Shown: positions 23,076-34,200 of the stretch, one piece after another
How the letters are laid out: every line of letters starts with the position of its first letter
Numbering within the stretch: position 1 is the first letter of the stretch
Origin: Mobula hypostoma
Taxonomy: Eukaryota
DNA: 64,000 nt
Direction of reading: 5' to 3'
NCBI RefSeq assembly: GCF_963921235.1
Contig: NC_086123.1
Span: forward strand, 37,200,001 to 37,264,000
Translations under genes and position numbers: made by a program
The notes under the pieces: generated by a model
Told to the model about the DNA's origin: nothing
The model's database searches: none
Seen by the model: only the letters and a program-made list of their open reading frames with translations

Positions 23076-24240
23076 CCCCTTCCCTCCTCTCATTTCCCAC
23101 CCCCTTTGCTTCTGTCCTCTTCTAGATTCCTTTTTCACTGCCCTTTGCCTCTTCCTCTATCACCCAACCAGCATTTTTATCATGACCACTCTCCCTTCCT
23201 TCCCCACCTACACACCTTCCCCCTTTCACCTGCACTCACCCATCACTCCTTCCCACGCCCCCAACCCTTCTGCTCTCTTATTTTCCAATCCTGATGAAGG
23301 GTTTTGGCCTGAACTGTCAACTGACCATCTTCCTCCATAGATGCTGCCTGACCTGCTGGGCTCCCCCAGCATTTTGTGTGTGCTACTCCAGATTTCTAGC
23401 ATCTGCAGAATCTCTTGTGTGACACCACAAGAGCGACAACTTTTCAATATTATTTCATTTGTGAGATCCTCAGGGACAGGTGGTCAGTCAAAGTGTAATA
23501 GAATTGTCGTCTTTCTTTCACTGAAGTTCTGCCAGTAAAGGGCACAACTGGTTTGGAGTGTTTGCCTGGCTTCTTGGTAGTGGTTTCTGAGTTTACATCG
23601 TGTGACTTAGTGCTTCCCTCTGACCCACACCTGATACCTTATAGATTACAGATCAGTCCACATATGTTTTACTTATGTCAACACTGAACTGATTCCACAA
23701 CCTACAGACTCAATTTCAAGGACTCGACAACTCATGTTCTCAGTTTTTATTGATTTATTTATTAGCTATACCTATCTATATACCTGTTACGTTTTGGAAC
23801 TTCAAAACATTAACTTAATTTCAAAGAAGAGTCTGAAATACAGATATAGCTTCGTTTTTATTTTAAGTGAGGTGCGCGTGTATCACAAGGTAGTGTGATA
23901 ATGAATGCAATTAAGGTATTTTGCATATATCTCGTAATGAATTATTTAAATGAACATGAATGCTTAATCAGGCAATATATACACAAAATTACTGAAATAT
24001 TATTGAAATATTAAATACACAACACGACCCATCTATTTATCTACACAATTTGTCTTTTGCACATTTGTTGCCAGTCTTTGGTTCTGTATAGTTTTTGTAA
24101 TGTATTTATTTTCCTGTATAAGCCTGCAAGGTAGTGAATCTCAGGACAGTATATGGTAAAATATACATAATTTGATAATAAATTTACTTGAACTTTAACT
24201 TTGACAGATCACACATTGTTACTTGATTAACAAAACTCAC

Positions 24241-24253
24241 AGGTCAGTGACCT
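24241..24253. promoter_or_regulatory. Perfect nuclear-receptor inverted repeat IR1 (AGGTCAgTGACCT)
   Basis: Exact motif about 240 bp upstream of the CRYBB1 TSS; function untested. Confidence 0.4.
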
Positions 24254-24367
24254 TCTCTTTGTGTGGGTCAGACAACAAGTAAATCACTTTCAACAAAGCA
24301 ACGTGCTTGATTCAGCTGTCAGTGAGTTCAGATTATTCCACCTCATTGCCTGGGAAAAGTACTTTGA

Positions 24368-24460
24368 TGTGATGACCAGTAAGTTTGGACAGCAGACTCT
24401 GATGAGCTGTCAGATCCATTGTCCGCTTTAGTTCGAGGGCTGCATTTGCCAGGGTATAAA
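24368..24460 (+). promoter_or_regulatory. CRYBB1 proximal promoter with PL1/PL2-like elements and TATA
   Basis: TGTGATGACCAG (24368), CTGATGAGCTGTCAG (24399), CATTGT (24417), TATAAA (24455-24460). Order and spacing resemble the chicken betaB1 PL1/PL2 elements as I recall them. Confidence 0.75.
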
Positions 24461-24483
24461 TTAAACACCGAGTGCTTGTCAGG

Positions 24484-24509
24484 CATCAGGTTGGACGAGC
24501 GATCCACAG
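24484..24509 (+). other. CRYBB1: Probable non-coding exon 1 of CRYBB1
   Basis: About 25-30 nt after the TATA box, ending CAG|gtagga; start position approximate. Confidence 0.65.
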
Positions 24510-25094
24510 GTAGGAGACTCTGGGAGTCAGAGAGAGGAGAGAAAGAAACAGAAGGCCCGAAAGGGAAAAGGCCAAGCAGAAAGAGCTTTGTAAATGAAGG
24601 ATCAACGAGAAGCAATAGATAGAAAATATTGAAAGAAGCTTTGATCAAATGCTTTTGTTAAATATAGAGGTTGGGTGAAGAAATTTTGGTATGATGCACT
24701 AGCACCAGCACACCTATCTGGTTTGAAAGGAGTCAGAGAAGAGGCAGAGGGTTATCAGTGGTTGGAGTATTAAAAAGTTCTTGTGTGCAAGGGATGTTAA
24801 GAGTAATTTTGGTTCCATACGTTAGGGTCATCTACCCTGAGGGAAAAAGTCATGAATTACTAAGAATAACAGAATGATGAGAACACTCAGAACTCGAAAA
24901 AATGAGATAGAAATTCCAATATTTGCTGATTCTCAATTCAATTTGAAGCTGTTTGTGTTGCAAATTGATGAGCTTGATAAATTATTATTTGAGGTGTGAG
25001 GGTATTGATTTAGTTAGTTTTTCTGCCTTGGATTGGGAATGTGTTATATTTCTGTCTCGTTTTCTCAGCTTCACATCGTACTTGAGGGTGCAGA

Positions 25095-25211
25095 ATGTCT
25101 CAGACCACAAAGAGCCCCACCCAGGAGAAGAAAAACCTCGGGACGGGGGAGGTTTCCACTCCAGGCTCCAAGAGCCCGAAGACCAGAGAACCAGGAATGG
25201 GCAACTTCAAG
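25095..25211 (+). CDS. CRYBB1: CRYBB1 exon 2 coding part (N-terminal arm)
   Basis: Acceptor ttctcag| at 25068; [39 protein letters not shown]|gtgagt. Confidence 0.88.
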
Positions 25212-28200
25212 GTGAGTGTAACATTGTGCCCCAAGTAACAGTGATTTGCTTAGATCTGGTTTATTGTTGAATTCATTTTGGAAATGGGTAAAAGCTCCTG
25301 TATGTGCCAGACTCATCCCTCCTGTAGTGGGTTAAATTCCTTGTCATCATTTGGCTGAGATACACTCATAGAGGCAGGAGGAGGAGAGATAATAGGTCCT
25401 GACTGATGAGTTAACCAGTTATGAAGCCACACAGAATGGGAACAGGCTTGTCAGCACCTCAATTTGCTCTGACCATTAAGGTCCCAGTTTATACCAAATC
25501 CTAGTTTACTTTTCCATCATCCCCATCAATTCCCCTCTGATCTGACCATTCCTTCTACATGGCCATTTAAAGTGCACAATTAACCTAGCAAATCACTTCT
25601 TTGGGATATGGGGAGAGTCTAGAGAATGCGCAGAGTCCCCACCAGTCACGATTGAACCCAGGGCCCCTCCCTCCCTCCTTTTAAAGGCAATTGGAGATGA
25701 AAGATTAGCATTACAATATCTGTCACATGAATATTGAAACTTTGAAGCATGCAGTGAAAGACATCGTTTGCATCAAAAAAAAACATTCCGAGGATTACGC
25801 TGGAGACAGCTGCAAATGCAGCCCGTTATGTCTGGCACTAACATAGCATGTGCACAACACATGGACCCCAACTCCTGCGTTCTTTTTTTTGGAATGTGGG
25901 AGGAAACTAGAGCATCTGGAGGTCATGCCAGATCGCTCCAATTCTGAAAATAAATATAAAAAATAATCTTGAAAATAATTGTCAAGTCTTCATTTAACTT
26001 TCTAAAATGCAGTTTGTATAATTCCCTCTGACATGTAAATATTTGCAGCAGTTATTAAGACCAAGTCAAGTTGAGATTCTTGTCAGGTGCAGGTGCAATG
26101 AAAAACTAGTTTGCAGCAACACCACAGGCATGTAGATTGAGACAACATACATGAATCATACATACGTCATACAAGGTACTGAACTTCTGACCATTGTTCA
26201 TGAAGACTGATCCATAGACTAGCGTCCCTACATTGTGGTCCAAGGAACTTAAATTCAAGTAATCACATAAACCTGGAATTAAGTGCAAAGTAGTCTCGGT
26301 CACTGTAACACACACACATTACTGGAGGAACTCAGCAGGCCAGGCAGCATCTAGGGAATGCAATAAAGAGTTGACATTTCGGACTGAGACCTTACATTAG
26401 GAATAGTAATGGTAAAGCTGTTGTAAAAACCCTACTGGTTAGCTATTGTCTTTTAGGGAAAGAAATCTGCTACTCTTACCCCATCTGGCTAGTAGTTGAC
26501 TCTAAATTTACCAATGTGATTATCCCTTTACTGCCTCCTCAGTTCAGAGCACCTCAAGTGAGACAATAGCTTCCAGGATTGCCTGTGATGGCACTTTCCA
26601 TAAATGGATATATTACAGGTTCATTTGAATGCTCCTTAGCATAACAAGCAATGACCTTTATTTGCAGGCAAGCTTGTAAACACATCATTAGTTATGAAGA
26701 TGTGCAGAGAGGCAGATACCACAGAGCCCTCCTCCTTCCTTGGTTTCTGTGCACTGTGGAAGCTGGTAATATGGCCAGCTTCAGGAATTGCTTTAATTGA
26801 CTCCCTGGGCAGGAACCTTGCAGCCTAAGTAATGCTACAAAAATATTTGTGGAATTGTGTACCATTGAAATTTGTGAGTCTAACTGAATGGGCCTGGGTT
26901 CTGAGCCAGTGTGGTGGTGCAGTAGTTAGCACATCACCCCACCCCACAGAGCCAGCTTTCAGCGGTCGGTGTTCAATTCCCACTGCTGTCTGTGAGGAGT
27001 TTGTATGGTCTCCTCATGACCATGTGGGTTTCCTTCCACGTTCCAAAGACATGCGGCTAGAGCTGGTGAGTTATGAGCATACCATGTTGGTACTACAAAC
27101 ATGGCGGCACTTGTCAGCTGCCCAGCTCAATCTTTGCTGGTCTGATTTGATGCAAACAACGCATTTCACTGTTTGTTTTGATGTACATGTGACAAATAAA
27201 AAACATCTCTTTCTTTAATATTATCTGGATTTCCCAAAGCTCACTTGATGGAAATGCCAGAAGAGTAGTGTAAGTGGCTGCTTTACCATTCATATTGTAT
27301 TTCAGGGTGCGAACCTTGGACATTTCCATGTTAGTGCATGGTGTTTGGCTGTCTTTATCAGCCATTCAGCGGCGTTAGAAATGCAGAGTAATGATTTATT
27401 TATTTAGACATCAGCACGGTAACAGGAACTTCTGCATCATGCGTTGCCCAATTGCACCCATTAATTGCACTTGGAACATGGGAGGAAACCGGAGCACCCG
27501 GAGGAAACCCACGTGGTCACCGGGAGAACGTACAAACTCCTTACAGACGGTGGCAGGAATTGAACCCAGTCTCTGGTGCTGTGAAGGCGTTCCTAACCAC
27601 TACACTACCTTGCTTCCACTGAGGCAGGGGGTTGTGCATCAACGAGCCCAGCTTCCATTTACCAGTCTGGTCCATTACAAGTGATCTCAGGTGAGCAAAT
27701 CCTATCACATTCATCTGAAGATAATTAGCAGATCAGTGCCAACAGTCTTGCTCACAGGATGAAGGCTAGACAAAGGTTTGGAGCAATGGTTCCAGTGGGA
27801 ATTAGGTTGACACCATTGACGTTTGATGGAAAGTAAATAGTGTGAACTTACCTTACCCAGCACAGTGCATGTCATTGAAAGAAGGAGACAGCTTTAGAGA
27901 TCTCATCAGGTTCAGAAGATTGGTGTTCAATTAACACTGATTATAACAACAAGACTAGTCTCTGATTCATGGGTGAGCAAGATTCAAGATTCAAGATGTT
28001 TAATATCATTTCCAGCACACAAGTGTAAAGGAGAACAAAATAATTGTTACTCTGCATCCGATGCAGCATAAAAAAAACTTACTGCAGATCCACAGTAGCA
28101 CAAAAAACACAAAGAGATAATGAACACAATAATAAACAACACAATAAATATAAATACATAAGATATCTGATAAACACAGATTGATTGTATATCCATAAAG

Positions 28201-31200
28201 TAACTCTAGGCCCAGGAGTGTCTGTACATAAGGTGACTCTGACAGGTAGTGGTGGTGTTGGGGGTGTGGAGGGGTGGGTTATTGAGTGGAGGTGTTGATG
28301 CTTGGGGAAAGTAAGTGTTTTTGAGTCTGCTGGTCCTGGTATGGATGCTGCGTAGCCTCCTCTCTGATGGGAGTGGGACTAACAGTCCGTGAGCATTGCG
28401 GTGGGATCCTTCGTGATGTTGTTAGCTAATTGACTCCATCTTTTGTTGCAGATCGTCATTTATGAACAGGAGAACTTCCAGGGCCGATTCATGGAGTTCT
28501 CCGGCGAGTGCGTTAACCTGTGTGAGCAAAACTTTGACAGAGTGGGCAGCGTCCGTGTGATTTGTGGACCGTAAGTTACCCTTCAAAGAGCTGCTAGGTC
28601 CATGGAGAGAGGGGAGCAGACACATATGACACCCCCTCATCTGTGTGAAGATATGCTTCACCCAGCTCCCATGTGTTAATTGAAATGTTTCTGGGATAGA
28701 AAAGTGGAACTTCCCCAAGTTCTGAGCAGTGGAGGAAATGGAACCTTGGAGACAGAATATAGAAAAAAGTTTAATCTCCTACTTTGTCATATTGTTTTAA
28801 AACTGCCAAACAGAAGCAAGGCAGAAATCTTATTTTGTGCTGCTAAAATATTTGAGCCATCTCACTCGTGGACTTGTGACTGCAAATCAGACAGTCTGTT
28901 TGAGATTGGACCAATGTGATGTTCTTGGATGCGGGGAAAGCAGGAGAATACAGGGGCATCATCTTCATCATTATGTGCCGTGTGGTATTATAGGGTGATC
29001 ACGGGCTTCTGTCTGTCTTTATTCTGCTTATTCTTTTCTCCATCCATGACCACAATTGCTCTTGGCAAGTTTTTCTTCAGAAGTGTTTTGCCATTGCCTT
29101 CTTCTGGGCAGTGTCTTTACAAGATGGGTGATCCCAGCCGTTATCAATACTCTTCAGATATTGTGTGCCTGGTGTCAGTGGTCACATAACTAGGACTTGT
29201 GATATATACCATCCACTATCTGCACCCATGGGTTCACATGACCCTGATGGGGCGGGGCTAAGCAGGTGCTACACCTTGTCCAAGGGGGACCTGCAGGCTA
29301 GCGGAGGGAAGGTGCACCTTTTACCACCTTTGGTAGAGAGTATCTCTACCCCAGCACCCAAATGATGGGTCAGCTCTTCAAAAAGAGCTGGCCCAGATTA
29401 AATAGGCCAGGTACTATCCTTCTGTCACAGACCAATACAGCATGGAAATAGGTCCTTCAGAGCAACTCGTCCATGCCAATGAAGAAGCCCCTCTGTTAGT
29501 CTCATCTATCTACATTTGGCCTTTGTCCATCAACACCAGGGGTTCCCAACCTTTTTTACTTCATGGACCCCTGCCATTTACCAAGGGGTCTGGTTAGGAA
29601 CGCCTGCTCTGTACCTGTTCAAAGTCTTTAAAATATTGTTATAATGGCCCCCCAACCACTTCCTCTGCCGGCTTGTTCCATACCTGCACTACCCGCTGCT
29701 TGAGGAAGTTGTCCCTCAGGTCATTCTTAAATCTTTACCCTTTCACCTTACTCCTATGCCCTCTAGTTTTGTGATTCCCCTTCCACGGGGAAAAAAGACT
29801 GTGTGGATTTCCCCTATCTATGCCCCTCATGATTTTACATGCCTCTACAAAGCAACCCCTCCAAGGAGTACACATCTGTTCTGCCCAACCTCCCCCAGTA
29901 ACTCAGGCCCACGAATCCTGACTACGTTCTCATAAAGAAAATGCTGGAGGAACGCAGCAAGTCAGGCAACATCCGTGGAGCAGAATACACTGTTGATGCT
30001 TCGGGCTGACCCCCTTCATCAAGACTCAACATTACTCAAGATTTCCAGCATCTGGAGAATATCTTGTGTTTAATATTCTTCTAACTTTCTAATTTAATGA
30101 CATCTTTCCTTCATTAGGGTGACCAAAACTGTACACAATATGCATCACCATTCTATACTTCTACAAACATTCATCTGGAGAAAATAAGAGAAACTTCTTT
30201 ATTACTAGAATCAGAACCAGGTTTAATATCACTGATATATGTCATAAAATTTGTTTTGTGGCAGTTGTACAGTGCAATACGTTAAAAAGCTATAAATTAC
30301 AATTATGTATAAAATAAATTAAATTACATAACTCATATAAAATGAGAGCAAAAATAGTGACGGCAGAGGGGAAAGAACTGTTCCTAAAACATTGAGTGTG
30401 TCTCTTCAGGCTTCGGCACCCCCTCCCTGATTATAGCAATGAGAAGGGGGTATGTCCTGGGAGCTGGTGGGCCTTAGTAATGGATGCTACTTTTTTGAGC
30501 CATCGCCTTTTAAAGATGTCCTCGGTGCTGGGGAGGCTGGTGTCCATGATGGAGCTGGCTGAGTTTTCAGTCCTTTGCAGCTTTTTCTGATCCTGTGCAG
30601 TGGCCCCTCAATGCCAGGTGGAGATGCAACCAGTTAGAATGCTCTCCATGGTACATCTGTAGATATCTGCTAGAGTCACTGATGACTTACTAAATACCAT
30701 ATTACTCTCTGTAACTTGGATTCCAAACTGCTGGGAAAATTGTTCTACCTCTTACCTAAACTTGTTTGTTTCTGCCTCATGTTCCAGCTGGGTTGCTTAT
30801 GAGCAGTCAAACTTCCGTGGAGAAATGTTCATTCTGGAGAAAGGCGAGTACCCTCGCTGGGATTCCTGGTCCAACAGCTACAGGAGTGACCGTTTCATGT
30901 CCTTCCGGCCGGTTTATATGGTACGTTGTCCGCACCTGACCGTGAAGGATGGTGAAACACAAACTCATCAGTCACACAGGCACAATATGCTTGGTGCATC
31001 ACCTCCATCAGCAACTCCTTAATCTCCACTTTGACTCCGCACCAAAACTCAAGGAGGATGTTTTAATACAGCTCTCATGTGCCTAGGCAGAACATGAAAG
31101 ATAAAGATTAGATTAGTTTTATTTGTCACATGTACATTGAAGCATAGGGTGAAATGAGTCATTTGTGTCAACAATCAACACAGTCCAAGAATGTGCTGGG

Positions 31201-34200
31201 GACAGTCAGCACTTATCACCACTCTTCCAGCACCAATATTGTTTGCCCACAACTTGCTAACCCTTAAGAAACCCATATGTCTTTGGAACGTGGGAGGAAA
31301 CTGGAGCACCCGGAGGTCATGGGGCAGAACGTACAAACTCCTTTCAGGCAGTGGTGGGAATTGAACCTGAACACTGATGCTGTAAGTGTAATGCCAGCCA
31401 CTATGCTATTGTGCCTCTCTAAATGAGAGCTCTCCAAACAACAGGTCTCCTTGACCTCAAAGCTCAAGTCTGGTTCTCAGGGCTAACCTTTCTCAGCTTC
31501 TTACTTATAGCCAATGCCTTTGTCCCTTTCTTCAGCTTTGAATATACCTTCCTGTGATGTCTTCTGTGCTTCTGCACCTTCACTGTAAAAACTAGTAGGA
31601 CCTTCTCACCTCGTAACTATTTGCTTCCTGTTTCACTCTATTTCTGAACCCTTTACTTCCCAAGCTTTTACTCCAGAGGCTTTCAAAAACCCAAACCTGA
31701 TGTCTCCCCTTACAATCTCACCTTTCTTTCTATGCTTGAGACTTTGCAGAAGAGTTTTCTGAATGAGCACTGCATCACAAGATGAGGCTGGTGAAATTCA
31801 GCATTGAACAAACCCTTTCTGCTCTCTCTAGATCTGAGGTTCCTCACCTGGCATCCACAGACACCTCAGTTAAAGGTAGGGGTCCATAGCATAAAAAAGG
31901 TTAGGAACCTCCTGCTCTAGTGGGATGCTAAAAATTCCACCCATAACCCAGGCCATTCACTCAGTCCTTCATCTATAGTGTGTACCAACAATATGCATAG
32001 CAATTACCCCCCTAGGGTAATCAAACAACACATGACTCTTCTAACCAAGAGGCAACAATGGCATGGTAGCACTATCCCCTGGAGGATTCCTTCCTGGTCA
32101 TACAGTTTCTTTGTTGTTGTGTCTACGTCCCAGAACTAACTCTCCAACAGCACCATGGGAGCACTTGGACATGAAGAATACTCTCATTTAAGAAAGTGAC
32201 TCACCTTTGCTTGGTCAAACAGCACAGCATACAAATAGGCCATTCAGCCCATTGTATCTATGCTGGCCATCAAATACCCATCTACACTAATCCAATATTC
32301 CAGCAGCTGTCCTGCAGCTTTAAATGCCATAGTGTTTCAAGTGTTCACAGAAACTCTAGAGAGGGTGCAGAAGAGATTTAGCGGATGATGCCTGGATCAG
32401 AGAGCATGTCCTGTTGAGTAAGCTGGGCCTTTTCTCTTTGGAATGAAGGAGGATGAGCTGACTTGATAAAGATGTACAAGATGACAGGAGTGGATTGAGT
32501 GGATAGCTAAAGACTTTTTCTCAGGACAGAAATGTCTTAATACCAGGGGTATAATGTTAAGGTGTCTATAGAGAAGTAGAGGAGGGAATGTCAGAGATAA
32601 ATTTTTTGCACAGATGGTGGTGGGTGCGTGGATAGAGGCAGATACATTAAGCACATTTAAGAGACTCTTAAATAAGTACATGGATGAAAGTAAAACAGAC
32701 GGCTATGTGGGATGGAATGGTTGGATTGATCATGGAGTTGGTGAAAAAGTTAGCATAATATTGTGGGCCGAATAGCCATAGAACATGGTGTTCTATGTTC
32801 TAATGAGTCCTTCCACCTACTTTTGGGTCATTGGTAAACATTAGCACCTTGCATTTCGCTGTCTCCTGCAGGTCACTAAAGCTGATAGTTAACAGTTGTG
32901 AGCTGTTCTCTGCTCTTCCCAATCCCTGGGGCAGTCCATTAGTTACAACAGCACCAATTTTCATGTCATCTATGAACTTAGTAATCATACTTGCCGTTAA
33001 ATTAGGGATGGACAATAAATCCCGTCCTTGCCAGCGGTGCCAAGATCCGAAACACATCAATTAAACTAAGACTACTTTGACAAAATGCACTGAATTCCAG
33101 GCTGCTCCTCCTGTCTCAGTGCCCTCTGCACGAACTCGTCTGGCCAAACCATTTTATTTTGAGATGCAGCACGGTAACATTCCCTTCCGGCCCAACGAGC
33201 TCGCTCTGTCCTATCACACCCATGTGACCAATTAGCCTACTAACCGGTACGTCTTTGGAATGTGGGAGGAAACCGGAGCACCCGGAGAAAACCCTCACAG
33301 TCACAGGGAGAATGCACAAACCTCTGACAGACTGTGGTGGAATTGTACCGGGGTCGCTGGCGCTGTGAAGTGTTACGATAATCACTATGCTACTGTGTGG
33401 TGGAGGCACTATAGGAATACTGGTCTATCATCTGGTGCCTGTTGGTGTCTCCCACTCTGTGCCTCGACCAGTTAGATTCCATTCATTGCTGATCAGTGCA
33501 TCCCCCTGTTAAAAAGCAGCCGTCAATAAAGGCAGTGGAAAAGGTAAATGTCAGATTCCCTAACCGTTTGTTTTAACTCCCTGCTTCACAGGATAATCAG
33601 GAGCACAAAATCAGCCTTTACGAAATGGCTGAATTCCAAGGAAACAAGATGGAGGTCGTGGAAGATGACATTCCCAGTCTATGGGCCTACGGATTCAGTG
33701 ACCGTGTGGGCAGTGTGAGGGTCCACAGTGGCACGTGAGTAACTATCGAGTGGAACTCACAGGGAGAGCCGATCTTGTACACATCACTTGTTCTGGGTGT
33801 ATATGTCTTTGTATCATTGGATTATGAAAGGTGGAGGTGAAACAAGTCCTGAATATCGCCGTACTGAAGTTAAGCATGTAGATTTTCTTCCCTGGAACAC
33901 AGGAGATTGAGGGGTGGCCTGGTAGATCATGGGGGCTGAGCGGCATTCAGGGTGAAGGTAGATAGATTTTTTCCCAGGGAGGGCATGCTAAAAATCAAGA
34001 GGATATAGGTTCATGGTCCGAGGTGAGAAATTTAAGTGGAACTTCAAGTCTAGCCTTTTCTGGAATTGACCTGGTGAACCTTCTCTACACCACCTCCGAA
34101 GTGATTAGATTCTTCACACGAAGGTGAATCAGAATAGAAACTTCCTTGTCTCCAGAATATATCTGGCAAACCTCCTCTACACCACCTCCAGAGAGGTCAG

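Noticed and set aside
24399-24405. CTGATGA as a hammerhead core in the CRYBB1 promoter
   Set aside because: No stem II or GAAA follows; it is better explained as the PL2-like element.
28965-29360. HDV-like fold in the second RTE-like family
   Set aside because: Hairpins are present, but I could not assign P1, P2, P3 and J4/2 in the required order.
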